The notes: generated by a model from the letters alone, not told the origin. A stretch of DNA of 64,000 bases from an uncultured Gammaproteobacteria bacterium (GCA_964536725.1 CAZHYJ010000006.1:482-64481), one strand, 5' to 3'; positions 38,970-49,527 are shown, numbered from the stretch's first letter. Program-made: numbers and translations.

Positions 38970-39515
38970 CTACTTTTTTAAAAACTCTTTAAGACTATTT
39001 TTACCGCGAGAAATTAACGTCCCAACCGTACTGGTGGGGATTTTTAAAATATCACTAATTTCTTCATAGGATTTTTCTTCGAAGAAAAATAGGATTATTG
39101 GTTCGCGGTATTTTTCTTTAATTTTACCCAACGCCATTACAATCTGCTCTTTCGATATCACCCGATCAACCTCACGACTTAAATTGATTTTCTCGTCTGC
39201 CACCTCCCATTCATGCTCGTCCAAAATCAACTTTTCGTTTTTTCTTTTTTTAATATTATTTATCGCCTCATTGTGTGTCACCCGAAAAATCCAAGAAGAA
39301 AATTTCTGATTGGTGTTAAACGAATTAAGATTACGATAAGCTTTAATAAAAACATCCTGAAGTACATCTTCAAGTTCAGCACTATGGTTGATAAATTTTC
39401 GCAAGTAGTGCGCCAGTTTAACTTGATAGCGTCGGATTATTTCACCATACGCCTCTTTATCCTCTGTGCGCACTACCACGACCAACTGTTCGTCGGTAAG
39501 CTCAAGATAAGACAT
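38970..39515 (-). CDS. ECF sigma-70 factor
   Basis: EDVLQDVFIKAY, FSSWIFRV, SYEEIS.IL.IP..TV...ISRG; start set at MSYLE. Confidence 0.93.
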   Translation of the reverse strand: MSYLELTDEQLVVVVRTEDKEAYGEIIRRYQVKLAHYLRKFINHSAELEDVLQDVFIKAYRNLNSFNTNQKFSSWIFRVTHNEAINNIKKRKNEKLILDEHEWEVADEKINLSREVDRVISKEQIVMALGKIKEKYREPIILFFFEEKSYEEISDILKIPTSTVGTLISRGKNSLKEFLKK

Positions 39516-39591
39516 ACTACAAGTATAATACAATAAACCCCCTGTGTTTATTTCAAAAGCAAAATCCCGACTGAGTCGGGATTGCTTGTTT

Positions 39592-39990
39592 TTATTCAGT
39601 AGTCTTTCCGTCAAAGTGCTCGTCGTCGCCCTCCGCTTCAGCCTTAGTTACATGCACCACCCCATCGCGGTGATGTGCTGGAGAATAGATTGTATACATT
39701 TTTAAAGACTCGCTTGAAGAGGTGTTGATCACATTGTGTTCGGCTCCGGTAGGCACGATAATCACATCGCCATCGCCTACCACATATTCGTTGCCGTCAA
39801 TCAAAACCTTTCCTTCGCCTTTTTCAAAACGGAAAAACTGGTCGTTCTCCTCATGGGTCTCCAAACCAATCTCCTCGTTTGGCAATAAACTCATTGCCAC
39901 CAATTGACAATGTTTACCCGTGTAAAGCACCTGACGAAAACTGTCGTTCTCCAAAGTTAACTTTTCGATGTTTGCATTGTATCCTTTCAT
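39592..39990 (-). CDS. cupin domain protein
   Basis: EIG.ETH..DQFF, VP.G..HNV.N, YSPAHH. Confidence 0.9.
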   Translation of the reverse strand: MKGYNANIEKLTLENDSFRQVLYTGKHCQLVAMSLLPNEEIGLETHEENDQFFRFEKGEGKVLIDGNEYVVGDGDVIIVPTGAEHNVINTSSSESLKMYTIYSPAHHRDGVVHVTKAEAEGDDEHFDGKTTE

Positions 39991-40032
39991 AAGTATCTAA
40001 TTAATAATTAACTTATATATTATACCACAGAC

Positions 40033-41283
40033 TTACTTACTTCTTTTTTTGACCACAAATAATTTGTCTGATTTTTTAACCGGGTCTTCCAAACTAATTG
40101 TGACGACATCGCCCTTCTTGGCTGTTTTTTGCGGTTTACCATCGATGAACAAGCTTTTAACTTGTGTCCGCATTAGTCCGGTAGTTGGACCTGTAATTAT
40201 TATATCATCATTTAGCTTCAACCCACCAGAGTTTATAAAAAACTCCCCTACTTTAATTTTTGGAAAATAGTGGTTGGCAGTACCAACAAACTCCTTTTCT
40301 TCCGTGGCCTGCGAACCATATGCCCCACCCCATTCACCCAGCTTGTTTCCTAAATAATACCCACCCTCCCACAAACCGCGGTTGAAAACAGTTTTTAATT
40401 GTTCGTTCCATTGGGAAATTTTTTCCTTGTCATAACTACCGCCCAAAACACTAGCCACCGCTTCTTTGTATGCTTTGGTAACGGTAAAAACATAATCTGC
40501 TGAACGTCCGCGTCCTTCAATTTTTAGCACCGATACTCCGCTTTTAATAATCTGATCTAAAACCGTAATCGTTGATAAATCTTTTGGCGACATAATATAT
40601 TCATTGTCCACCACCAATTCCGCTCCCGTTTCCACATCCGTTACTTTGTACTTTCTACGACACACTTGGAAACAATCACCACGATTAGCTGAGTGGTTAT
40701 ACAACGCCAAACTCATCTGACATTTACCCGCGATTCCTACACACAACGCACCGTGTACAAACAATTCAAAGCCGATCGGCTTTTTGTTCGGTCCAACAAT
40801 TTTTTCTTTTCTGCTCTTGTTGATAATTTTTTTAATTTGTTCCAATGTCAACTCTCGTGCCAAAACAATCACTTCGGCATAACGAGCAAAAAACTTTACT
40901 GCTTCAAAATTAGAGACATTAGCTTGGGTAGAAATATGTACTTTTAGACCAATTGAGTGGGCATAGACAATTACCGCCATATCGCTAGCAATGACCGCGT
41001 CTATCCCCAATTTTTTGACTCGTACACAGATCTTTTTTACCTCCACAAGATCCGCATCGTACATCAAAGTGTTAAGCGCCAAATACGCTTTTACCTTGTT
41101 TTGATGGCAAATTTTAATAATCTTAGCCAAATCCGATAGCTGGAAATTAGCTGCTGCCCGGGCACGCATATTTAACTTCCCTATACCGAAATATACCGAA
41201 TTAGCACCAGCTTGGATGGCGGCGGTCAAAGTCTCAAATGACCCCGCTGGGGCCATGATTTCAATTTTTTGTTCAGTTTTCAT
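40033..41283 (-). CDS. U32-family peptidase-like protein (TrhP-like tRNA hydroxylation)
   Basis: MAPAG, HISTQ, E.FVHGALC...GKC...NRG.C.Q.CR, KIEGR. Confidence 0.9.
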   Translation of the reverse strand: MKTEQKIEIMAPAGSFETLTAAIQAGANSVYFGIGKLNMRARAAANFQLSDLAKIIKICHQNKVKAYLALNTLMYDADLVEVKKICVRVKKLGIDAVIASDMAVIVYAHSIGLKVHISTQANVSNFEAVKFFARYAEVIVLARELTLEQIKKIINKSRKEKIVGPNKKPIGFELFVHGALCVGIAGKCQMSLALYNHSANRGDCFQVCRRKYKVTDVETGAELVVDNEYIMSPKDLSTITVLDQIIKSGVSVLKIEGRGRSADYVFTVTKAYKEAVASVLGGSYDKEKISQWNEQLKTVFNRGLWEGGYYLGNKLGEWGGAYGSQATEEKEFVGTANHYFPKIKVGEFFINSGGLKLNDDIIITGPTTGLMRTQVKSLFIDGKPQKTAKKGDVVTISLEDPVKKSDKLFVVKKRSK

Positions 41284-41354
41284 GGCTCAATACTAACAAA
41301 AAACACACGGAAAAGCAACCGCGTGTTTAAAATACAAAATTTTTGGCAATAGTC

Positions 41355-41582
41355 CTAATTTGCAACAACCACACCGTCCAAATATTCCTTTTCGATAGTT
41401 ATAATAATTTCAGCCGTTTTAATAGCCTCACCATACCATTTCTTTATTGTTTCCTCGTTGTAAAAGGTAATGCCTTCAACTGTTAGTTTGTGTTTACCAT
41501 CGTCTTGAGAAAGCCCTTCACGAGAAGAAGAAATCCGAATCTTGAATAATTCCCTAGCCAATGTGATTATTTCTTTTTTCAT
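41355..41582 (-). CDS. small hypothetical protein
   Basis: ATG-initiated 75-aa ORF co-oriented with neighbours. Confidence 0.6.
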   Translation of the reverse strand: MKKEIITLARELFKIRISSSREGLSQDDGKHKLTVEGITFYNEETIKKWYGEAIKTAEIIITIEKEYLDGVVVAN

Positions 41583-41608
41583 ACATCAATTCTAAAACTC
41601 CGTAATTT

Positions 41609-42586
41609 TTACGGTTGTAAAATATCTTCCGTCCTACCGTCAATAGAAATTACCACACTTTGAACAGTGGGAAACTGTTTGAGTGTTTGAGTAATTTCCG
41701 CATAGATCGAAGCAACGCGGCACGAACCACCGACTTGTTGTTCAAGATTTTTGTTTAGATCAACTTTGGCCACGCCATTTTCGATAGTCAATTTCTGAAT
41801 CTTAACACCCGCTGGTATACTGGTGGAATAGCCATCAGTTTTCTCTTGTGCTGTTGGTCCTTTGAACAACTCCTCCAACGCGGCCCTAGCAACAGCGGTG
41901 GTCTGAGTAATTGTTCGTGTTGTTCTAAAGACCTTGGAACAATCAGTCATGTTTGGGTCGAGTTTGTTGTTAGGGAAAAAGACAGAAACATTCATCTGAG
42001 TATTTGCGCTACCCATAATTTTAATTTGTACCGAATAGGTTTCACTGCGTGCCGGGTCGCCACTTGGGTTTTCATTAGAGAATACCAACTTTACTAACTT
42101 GCCTTCCACAGCATCAAAACCAACTATCTTGCTGGTGTCAAAAATCAAAACTGTCTGGAAATTTGTAGGTAATTTCATCCAATCAGAGGTTGCTTGCAAT
42201 ATCCCTGAAGCAAGAATATTATTTCCGTCCACCAATTTTACTGTACCGACTTGTCCTTCAAATCCAACCCAATTGTTTTTACCTGTTACTTGGCCGGTTA
42301 CGCTTAAAGGGGAAGTCGCAATCGTATTTAACTTCGGTGAATAGACAATGATCCCCATATCAACTATATCGTTCTGTTTGGTTAGTGGAGTAGAAGTAGG
42401 TATTACCACAGAGGCCCCGCACCCAGTTGTTGGAGCAACCGATGAAGGGTTGCCGTGTTTCACCCACTGTCCTTCTTGGCAAAGCCATGTATCTTCAGGG
42501 GTTAAAAGTCGCAAGCCTAAAACAGCGACCAAACCAAGAGCTAGCACGACAATTATACTCGTTAATATTTTAGTTGTTGTTCCCAT
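41609..42586 (-). CDS. GerMN/Gmad2-domain membrane protein
   Basis: EDTWLC..GQW.KHG.P, FEG, NENPSG, AL.EL..GPT, GGSCRV, TL.QFPTV. Confidence 0.88.
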   Translation of the reverse strand: MGTTTKILTSIIVVLALGLVAVLGLRLLTPEDTWLCQEGQWVKHGNPSSVAPTTGCGASVVIPTSTPLTKQNDIVDMGIIVYSPKLNTIATSPLSVTGQVTGKNNWVGFEGQVGTVKLVDGNNILASGILQATSDWMKLPTNFQTVLIFDTSKIVGFDAVEGKLVKLVFSNENPSGDPARSETYSVQIKIMGSANTQMNVSVFFPNNKLDPNMTDCSKVFRTTRTITQTTAVARAALEELFKGPTAQEKTDGYSTSIPAGVKIQKLTIENGVAKVDLNKNLEQQVGGSCRVASIYAEITQTLKQFPTVQSVVISIDGRTEDILQP

Positions 42587-42612
42587 ATATTTGTTAAATT
42601 ATGATTTAAAAT

Positions 42613-43131
42613 TTATTTTTGCACCCACACACTAGCCGAACCACCACCATCACAAGTAATATTAAACTTACCGACTTTTTGGATAGTTACAATAGCGTAA
42701 TCGTAGGCGGCAAGCTGATATGATTTTGTACCAATACTAATTTTATGACTAATATTATCACGGTTATCAATCATAAATTTAGTTCCCACTTTCATAGTGA
42801 GTGTTCCTGGATTTCCTGAACAGTTTGAAAACTGGAAACGGTAACCACTTTTTCCATAAACACCAACGGTAGCTCCATAATCTTTGGTTGCGACGGTTAT
42901 CGTTGTGCCGGTCTCTGTTTTAACAGTTTCCATCCCTTGTCCGATAATAGCCGACACAGCCATTTCATCACTCCCCTCATCAATAATCGGTGTGCCAGTG
43001 ACAAAGGTTGGCAGGTTAGCATCGGCGATAGCTTTGTTTTTGACATGCCACATCGCATATCCGACTCCAACTATCAACACAACCCCGGCCGCGATAATTA
43101 AAGTTAGGTCTTTTTTAGTCATATGATGCAT
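42613..43131 (-). CDS. membrane-anchored hypothetical protein (cupredoxin-like beta domain)
   Basis: TM; P..L.MK.G...DN.D..H pattern. Confidence 0.7.
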   Translation of the reverse strand: MHHMTKKDLTLIIAAGVVLIVGVGYAMWHVKNKAIADANLPTFVTGTPIIDEGSDEMAVSAIIGQGMETVKTETGTTITVATKDYGATVGVYGKSGYRFQFSNCSGNPGTLTMKVGTKFMIDNRDNISHKISIGTKSYQLAAYDYAIVTIQKVGKFNITCDGGGSASVWVQK

Positions 43132-43145
43132 AATTTAGATTAAAA

Positions 43146-43634
43146 TTAATTAACGATTTTAAATGTTTTTATAATATCTTTAACTTCCGCCATTCTAGCG
43201 ACAATTATATCATTGACCAGGGCACCATTTGCTTGGGCGAAACCAAAAATATATTGGCTGTTTTCTCCTAAATAAGTTGGCGTTGGCCCTTCTTCCGATT
43301 TAATTTTCTGCCACTGACTCTTTGAATACATGCCAATATTGAACAAAGAATCCTGAGTAGAAAAACCAAAATCAATAGAATCACTAGTACCAATTGTTCC
43401 CCAATCTAATATCCTGTTTTTTGTAGTGTAACCTTTCCAAGTATTGGGAAATTCCAAAGAAAATCCGTACTCGGTATTTTTGTAGGCTATCTCTGTGCTT
43501 GTCGGATTGTTGTCAGTAGTCGTGACCGTTGTAGAAGTAGGGGCAATAATATTAGAATTTTGACTAGCACACCCTGCGCTAACAACTAACAAAGGAACAG
43601 TGAAGGCGAATAAAATTAAGGTTTTTTTAGTTAT
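43146..43634 (-). CDS. lipoprotein (PsbP-like YGFS..P..W motif); apparent ATA start
   Basis: The frame extends from TTG43592 to ATA43634, giving the full signal (I)TKKTLILFAFTVPLLVVSAGC. Confidence 0.65.
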   Translation of the reverse strand: MTKKTLILFAFTVPLLVVSAGCASQNSNIIAPTSTTVTTTDNNPTSTEIAYKNTEYGFSLEFPNTWKGYTTKNRILDWGTIGTSDSIDFGFSTQDSLFNIGMYSKSQWQKIKSEEGPTPTYLGENSQYIFGFAQANGALVNDIIVARMAEVKDIIKTFKIVN

Positions 43635-43665
43635 ATATTTTGTTGGTTGATAAACTAATTATAAA

Positions 43666-44865
43666 TTATTTCAATACAATGTTGTCCAATTTCTTAATCA
43701 ACAGACCCCTGCCCTTCTCGAGCCACACAGCCTCACCCCTATTTTCCATCTCCAAAATATAATCAGAAACTAAACTATCATATTCTTCAGCAGAAGAAGT
43801 AAACGACAAATATCTTTCTAAAAAATCAAATTGGGTAGAAAGCCTCTTTTCTTTATCCTCAATTTGCAACCAAAGATTGTTTTTTGTTGCCCAAGCAATA
43901 AAGTCTGGGTCTGTTTTCTTACTCTCGATCATATCCAATAATTTGGTTTGTACCTCTGCCAAGGAAATATCAGAATATGTACTACTAGAAAGGATTGTTC
44001 TTAGTGTGCCAGAAGTACTATCTAGGTATTCTCGTAAATTTTCTGGTATATATTTTATATCCTGCACAATATAGGCTGGTCGCATAACCAATTGAATCTT
44101 GTCTGGATTGTTAGTAAGATCCATTTTGGACAACGCACCCAACAACATTTGGGCTTCAGAAAAAGATAAATCCGTGTTTACTGTTTTGTAAGTAATATAT
44201 TGTAAGGCCTTATCTATTGAAGAATTTTCCTTAGAAACAAAATTTAATAACAAGTATTTTAAAAAAGTAGAATGATTGTGCGCTCGTTGGGGCTCGCCGA
44301 TTGCATAAACATGGCGTTGTCGTAACCATTGTAGCGATTCGGTAGTAGGAAGCTTCAAATTGCGCAAAATACCCAATGTCTCAGAAAAACCTACTACCAC
44401 CAAATAATCAGCTCGTTCACCAAGAATTTTTTCAATTTGTTTTATTCCATAATCCAAACCACCCAAACCACAAGCATTTGAAACATAATAATCAGTAGAT
44501 GTTGTGCCTTTACCCGACGGTAATTGAGAGTACGTACCGCGGGGAACAGCGGTAATAACTACACCCTCCTTTACTTTGTCAATTGTAACCAACTGGATCA
44601 CATCACAATGTCCTTGGGTTTGGCCAGCCCTACTATCTAAACCAATCAGAAGAATCCTCGCTATCCCATCTTCGCCAAATGGATCAACCGCATTGTCAGC
44701 CTTAATTTTGTTTGTTTTGTGTGAGTCTATTACCTGTTTAACAACCTCACCCTGTGTATTTTTCATTGAAACAGTTTTATACAAAGACACAGCCTTAACC
44801 ACTCCCCAGGTACTAAGACTGCAGACAACTATCAGTAAAATTGTAATAATTATTTTTTTCTTCAT
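43666..44865 (-). CDS. LCP (LytR-CpsA-Psr) family protein
   Basis: TM, ILLIGLDSR, DVIQL, VPRG, LRQR, RAHN. Confidence 0.8.
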   Translation of the reverse strand: MKKKIIITILLIVVCSLSTWGVVKAVSLYKTVSMKNTQGEVVKQVIDSHKTNKIKADNAVDPFGEDGIARILLIGLDSRAGQTQGHCDVIQLVTIDKVKEGVVITAVPRGTYSQLPSGKGTTSTDYYVSNACGLGGLDYGIKQIEKILGERADYLVVVGFSETLGILRNLKLPTTESLQWLRQRHVYAIGEPQRAHNHSTFLKYLLLNFVSKENSSIDKALQYITYKTVNTDLSFSEAQMLLGALSKMDLTNNPDKIQLVMRPAYIVQDIKYIPENLREYLDSTSGTLRTILSSSTYSDISLAEVQTKLLDMIESKKTDPDFIAWATKNNLWLQIEDKEKRLSTQFDFLERYLSFTSSAEEYDSLVSDYILEMENRGEAVWLEKGRGLLIKKLDNIVLK

Positions 44866-44903
44866 ATAAAACGGTGAGCTTATTCTGATTAAGCAGTAAT
44901 CAT

Positions 44904-45047
44904 TTAATTCTTTGCATCTTCTTCGGCCGCCACTTCTTCTTTTGCTTCTTCAACCCCTTCTTTTACTGCCGTGTGTGTCTCTTCTTTGACAGTTTCTTTT
45001 ACCTCTTTAACCAATTTGTCGTCTCCTGGATCTATTGTCATTTGCAT
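44904..45047 (-). CDS. small acidic 47-aa protein
   Basis: Manual ORF MQMTIDPGDDKLVKEVKETVKEE...AEEDAKN, preceded by AATAT. Confidence 0.55.
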   Translation of the reverse strand: MQMTIDPGDDKLVKEVKETVKEETHTAVKEGVEEAKEEVAAEEDAKN

Positions 45048-45069
45048 ATATTTTAGTTAGTTAATTAAT

Positions 45070-45405
45070 TTATTTAGCTCGTATCTTATAAGCTTGTTTA
45101 ATTGTTTTGAGAATGGCTGGAACGAATGGGTTGTCCTGCGCAATTTTGGGGAAAACTTTCTTTCCTTCTCGTTGCTTTTGTATCAAATTGGCTTGTACTA
45201 AAATTTTGATATGTTGCGATGCTAATGGTAAGGAGATGCCCAATATTTCTGCAATTGTGCCCACAGTAAGTTTTGGTTGTTCAACCAAAATACGAAAAAT
45301 CTGGTAACGATTAACATCGCTTAACACCTTGAATGTTTCCGCCATACGCCTATCCGTCTCACTGAGTATTTTACGATTTTTCTTAATTTCTACTTTACTT
45401 AACAT
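45070..45405 (-). CDS. ArsR-family transcriptional regulator (Cys-free)
   Basis: FKVLSD.NR..I...TV..IA...S....SQH...L; start set at MLSK. Confidence 0.88.
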   Translation of the reverse strand: MLSKVEIKKNRKILSETDRRMAETFKVLSDVNRYQIFRILVEQPKLTVGTIAEILGISLPLASQHIKILVQANLIQKQREGKKVFPKIAQDNPFVPAILKTIKQAYKIRAK

Positions 45406-45493
45406 AAAGATTATATTAGTTAAATAGTTAAACACTTGTTTGATGGTTTAAGTATATAACATAACGATAAATAAGTCAATAGCCTGTAGTATT

Positions 45494-45527
45494 AAAAAAT
45501 ATAACGGGCTTTCATCGCCCGTTATAT
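45494..45527 (-). terminator. terminator downstream of tRNA-Asn
   Basis: ATATAACGGGC..GCCCGTTATAT followed by a T-run on the minus strand. Confidence 0.75.
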
Positions 45528-45532
45528 CTGTC

Positions 45533-45670
45533 GCTGCCAGGGCAGGCGCTTCGCTATTCGAAGTCGTCGCTTCACTCCTCCCACGAAAACCCAAGGTTTT
45601 CGTGAACTTTCCTTCACAAGTGAAAACTCACGTTTTCACCCTTTCCTTGTTCGAATGCTGCCAGGGCAGG
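45533..45670 (-). repeat. 14-bp direct repeat of the tRNA-Asn 3' end flanking a ~110-bp hairpin-rich insert
   Basis: GCTGCCAGGGCAGG at 45533-45546 and 45657-45670. Confidence 0.75.
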
Positions 45671-45729
45671 ATTCGAACCTGCGGTATCCACGTTAACAGC
45701 GTGGCGTTGTACCACTCAACTACCCGGCA
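45658..45729 (-). tRNA. tRNA-Asn (GUU)
   Basis: TGCCGGG/CCTGGCA, G73, CCACG-CTGTTAA-CGTGG, GCAGG-TTCGAAT-CCTGC. Confidence 0.94.
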
Positions 45730-45740
45730 AATTGATATAT

Positions 45741-45777
45741 AAACAAAAACTCTCCTGTGTTGCAGGAGAGTTTGTTT
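45741..45777 (-). terminator. attenuator terminator (3:4) upstream of tRNA-Asn
   Basis: AAACTCTCCTG-CAACA-CAGGAGAGTTT-TTGTTT. Confidence 0.85.
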
Positions 45778-45796
45778 AATCTTGAAAAAACAAAAC

Positions 45797-45886
<90 letters not shown>

Positions 45887-45894
45887 ACATTAAT

Positions 45895-45923
45895 ATCCTA
45901 TCACCTTCAAAAAAGGCTGTCAA
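45895..45923 (-). promoter_or_regulatory. promoter of the Asn leader/tRNA-Asn
   Basis: TTGACA-17-TAGGAT; the ATG lies at about the predicted TSS (near-leaderless). Confidence 0.75.
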
Positions 45924-45930
45924 ATTGTTT

Positions 45931-46317
45931 TTACACTGTCTTATTACGACGTAAATAGCTCCAATGTAACCAGAACAACGGAATACCCACTACAATAAAA
46001 GAGATGCTTTGCACCAAATCACGTTGTTTTTGGGCAGTATTTTCATCTTTTTGTCTCTTTTCCATCTCTGCTTGCGATTTAGCACATTCTGCTGGATCTA
46101 GTTTTTTAACATTAACATCGGTAATGTTCGGATCACAAGCGGTAGCCGGGTAAGAGTAATACCCATAATCCGCCTTAGTAAAAACATACATTTTCAAAGT
46201 AATGTTTATAATATTTACCACTGAAAAAACAACCATCATTAAAGCCACGAAAGAAACCAAGTAAAAATATAAGTTCTTCAAAAATAGGAGCCTGCCTTCA
46301 ACGACACTTTGTTCCAT
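45931..46317 (-). CDS. two-TM membrane protein (DUF5671-like)
   Basis: LYFYLVSFVAL...IVVGIPLFWLHW. Confidence 0.8.
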   Translation of the reverse strand: MEQSVVEGRLLFLKNLYFYLVSFVALMMVVFSVVNIINITLKMYVFTKADYGYYSYPATACDPNITDVNVKKLDPAECAKSQAEMEKRQKDENTAQKQRDLVQSISFIVVGIPLFWLHWSYLRRNKTV

Positions 46318-46365
46318 ATTAGAAATGAATAAGAGAAATGAAAAAATGTTTTTTTCAGTTCCAAA
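46315..46365 (-). repeat. dispersed repeat, degenerate copy B, ending in an ATG
   Basis: GAAAAAAACATTTTTTCATTTCTCTTATTCATTTCTAATATG matches the 3' half of copies A and C. Confidence 0.65.
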
Positions 46366-46369
46366 TAAA

Positions 46370-47347
46370 TTAATTTAACAAACCAATTTTTTTTCTCACC
46401 AATAACATTTTTTCTGCCGCAATTTTTTCTGCTTTTTTGGTTCCGGCCTGTAAAATTTTCATCGCCTCGGCATCGGTTATCTCATTAAACTTCTTCTGAA
46501 AGTCTGTTAGAAAGCCTACCACCACGTTGGCCAAACCTTTTTTGAAATCACCATAGCCACGACCAACGTATTCTTTCTCAATCTCTTTAACACTTCTACC
46601 TGACAACAATGAATAGATATTTAAAAGATTTTCTAGAGCTGGTTTATCTGCCCCACCTTTTACTTCTGAGCCAGAATCAGTCACTGCACGCATGATCTTT
46701 TTTTCTGCCACCTTTGGTTCGTCCAGCAAAGAAATATAGTTCGCCGCGGATGCAGCGCTCTTGCTCATCTTTTTGCTCGGATCGTCCAGCCCCAGAATAC
46801 GCGCGCCATCTTTTTTGATAAATGGCTTAGGCACTACAAAAGTTTCGCCATACAGACTATTAAATCGCAAAGCCAAATCCCGAGTTAGTTCAACGTGCTG
46901 TTTTTGATCCTCACCTACCGGCACCTCATCTGTATCATACAACAAAATATCGGCGGCCATTAAAACTGGGTAAGAAAATAGACCTAAATTAATATTTTCC
47001 GCATGTTGTTTGGCTTTGTCTTTAAACTGCGTCATTCTTTCCATTTCTCCCATTTTCGCAATGGTATTTAAAACCCACGCCAACTCGACGTGATCTTTAA
47101 CATCAGACTGGGGAAAGATCATAGATTTCTTCGAATCCACACCAAGCGCCAGATACGTCTTGGTAGCATTCAAGATATTTTGTCGCAAAACTTCCGGCTT
47201 TTGATAAATCGTTAAGGCGTGCAAATCCACAACACAAAAAATACATTCATTGTTTTTTTGTAACTCCACCCAGTTTTTAATTGCCCCTAAATAATTGCCT
47301 AAATGTAAATTGTTTGTAGGTTGAACACCGGAGAAAATTCGTGGCAT
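46370..47347 (-). CDS. trpS: tryptophan--tRNA ligase
   Basis: SGVQPT, HLGN, YPVLMAADIL, VGEDQ, KMSKS; start set at MPRIF. Confidence 0.97.
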   Translation of the reverse strand: MPRIFSGVQPTNNLHLGNYLGAIKNWVELQKNNECIFCVVDLHALTIYQKPEVLRQNILNATKTYLALGVDSKKSMIFPQSDVKDHVELAWVLNTIAKMGEMERMTQFKDKAKQHAENINLGLFSYPVLMAADILLYDTDEVPVGEDQKQHVELTRDLALRFNSLYGETFVVPKPFIKKDGARILGLDDPSKKMSKSAASAANYISLLDEPKVAEKKIMRAVTDSGSEVKGGADKPALENLLNIYSLLSGRSVKEIEKEYVGRGYGDFKKGLANVVVGFLTDFQKKFNEITDAEAMKILQAGTKKAEKIAAEKMLLVRKKIGLLN

Positions 47348-47403
47348 ATTTGCTAAAGTTATAACAACTAATACCCATTGTAACAAAACCCGTCCTTAAA
47401 TAC

Positions 47404-47436
47404 AAGAAACCCCACTTTTGAGCGGGGTTTCTTTTT
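47404..47436 (-). terminator. terminator after fusA
   Basis: AGAAACCCC..GGGGTTTCT hairpin. Confidence 0.65.
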
Positions 47437-47442
47437 GAAGTT

Positions 47443-49518
47443 TTACTTTTGTTTACCTTCGATAATCTGCTTAGCCACGTTACTTGGAGTATCAGTATAA
47501 TGATCAAACTCCATAGAATAACTGGCACGACCCTGGGTCATCGAACGCAATGAAGTGGCATAGCCAAACATTGAAGCAAGTGGTGCAATTGCACGCACTA
47601 CTTTCATCTGACCACGATCACTCATTTCTTGAATTTGACCACGTTTGGAGTTCAAATCACCGATTACATCACCCATGTATGGCTCTGGAGTCACTACTTC
47701 AATCTTTTCAATTGGCTCCATGATAACTGGGTTGGCTTTCTTACAAGCTGCTACGAATGCCATTGAACCAGCGATTTTGAAGGACATTTCAGAGGAATCA
47801 ACTTCGTGGTAAGATCCATCGAAAACAGTAACTTTGATATCTACTACTGGATAACCAGCCTGGATACCACGAGTCAAAGTTTCTTTTACACCTTTTTCAA
47901 TAGCTGGAATAAATTCACGTGGAATAACACCACCTTTAACTTCGTCAACAAATTCGTAGCCTTTGCCTGGTTCTTGTGGCTCAACGCGAATCCAACAATG
48001 ACCATATTGACCACGACCACCAGACTGTTTAACATATTTTCCTTCTGCTTCGGCTGATTGACGGATAGTTTCTTTGTAGGCAACTTGTGGCGCACCAACA
48101 TTGGCTTCCACTTTAAACTCGCGACGCATACGGTCGACGATAATATCCAAGTGCAATTCACCCATACCCGCAATAATAGTCTGGAGGGTTTCTTTATCAG
48201 TGTGCACACGGAAGGTCGGGTCTTCTTCCACAAATTTCTGCAAAGCCATACCAATTTTTTCTTGGTCCGCTTTGGTTTTTGGTTCGATTGCCATCGAGAT
48301 AACTGGTTCAGCAAAAGTTGGACGTTCCAAGATGATCGGCTTGTCTTCATCACACAAAGTGTCACCAGTCATCACTTCTTTTAAACCAATGGCCGCAGCA
48401 ATTTCACCGGAAAAAACTTCGGTCACATCTTCGCGGTGATTGGCGTGCATACGCACAATACGACCAAGACGTTCGCGTGTTCCCTTACTAGAGTTAAATA
48501 TATAACTACCAGCTTTAACAACACCAGAATATACACGGAAGAAAATTAATTTTCCTACAAACGGATCAGTCGCCACTTTGAAAGCCAAAGCACAGAATGG
48601 GTCTGTATCGTTTGGATGTCTGACAACCTCTTCATCAGTCTCTGGGTTAGTGCCTTTCAAAGCTGGAACATCAGTTGGTGCTGGCAAATACCACACCACC
48701 GCATCCAACATTTGTTGCACACCCACGTTGGCCAAAGCTGAACCACAGATTACTGGATAAATCTTGGCGGCAATCACCATAGTGCGAATACCTGCTCGGA
48801 TTTCATCAATGGTCAACTCCTCGCCGTTCAAATATTTATTCATTAAAACATCGTTGGCTTCAGCCACTTTCTCTACCATTGTATGACGATATTCTGCCAC
48901 CTGTTCTTTCATGTCTTCTGGGATCGGAATTTCGATAATTTTTTCACCTCTCTCACCTTCGAATTTAAAAGCTTTATTCTCAATCAAATCAATCAAACCA
49001 GAGAAAGTACTATCTGCACCGATTGGCAACTGAATAGCCACGGCGTCCTTAGACAAACGCTCTTTGATCGAGGCAATACTCATGTAAAAATCAGCACCGA
49101 GCTTGTCCATTTTATTAATAAAACAAACACGAGGTACTTCGTATTTATCGGCTTGATGCCAAACAGTTTCAGATTGTGGTTCTACACCCTGAGAACCATC
49201 AAACACAGCCACTGCACCGTCCAATACACGCAAAGAACGCTCTACCTCAACGGTAAAGTCCACGTGACCTGGGGTATCGATAATGTTAATACGATGATCT
49301 TTCCAGAAACAGGTAGTCGCGGCGGAAGTAATAGTAATACCGCGTTCTTTTTCCTGTTCCATCCAATCCATTTCTGCCTCACCTTCATGCACCTCACCAA
49401 TTTTGTATTTTTTACCAGTGTAAAAAAGCACACGCTCAGTGGTGGTGGTTTTACCGGCATCAATGTGAGCCATGATACCGATATTACGAGTTTTTTCTAG
49501 GGTATATTCTCGAGGCAT
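47443..49518 (-). CDS. fusA: elongation factor G
   Basis: [32 protein letters not shown]. Confidence 0.99.
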   Translation of the reverse strand: MPREYTLEKTRNIGIMAHIDAGKTTTTERVLFYTGKKYKIGEVHEGEAEMDWMEQEKERGITITSAATTCFWKDHRINIIDTPGHVDFTVEVERSLRVLDGAVAVFDGSQGVEPQSETVWHQADKYEVPRVCFINKMDKLGADFYMSIASIKERLSKDAVAIQLPIGADSTFSGLIDLIENKAFKFEGERGEKIIEIPIPEDMKEQVAEYRHTMVEKVAEANDVLMNKYLNGEELTIDEIRAGIRTMVIAAKIYPVICGSALANVGVQQMLDAVVWYLPAPTDVPALKGTNPETDEEVVRHPNDTDPFCALAFKVATDPFVGKLIFFRVYSGVVKAGSYIFNSSKGTRERLGRIVRMHANHREDVTEVFSGEIAAAIGLKEVMTGDTLCDEDKPIILERPTFAEPVISMAIEPKTKADQEKIGMALQKFVEEDPTFRVHTDKETLQTIIAGMGELHLDIIVDRMRREFKVEANVGAPQVAYKETIRQSAEAEGKYVKQSGGRGQYGHCWIRVEPQEPGKGYEFVDEVKGGVIPREFIPAIEKGVKETLTRGIQAGYPVVDIKVTVFDGSYHEVDSSEMSFKIAGSMAFVAACKKANPVIMEPIEKIEVVTPEPYMGDVIGDLNSKRGQIQEMSDRGQMKVVRAIAPLASMFGYATSLRSMTQGRASYSMEFDHYTDTPSNVAKQIIEGKQK

Positions 49519-49527
49519 ATGTTTTAA

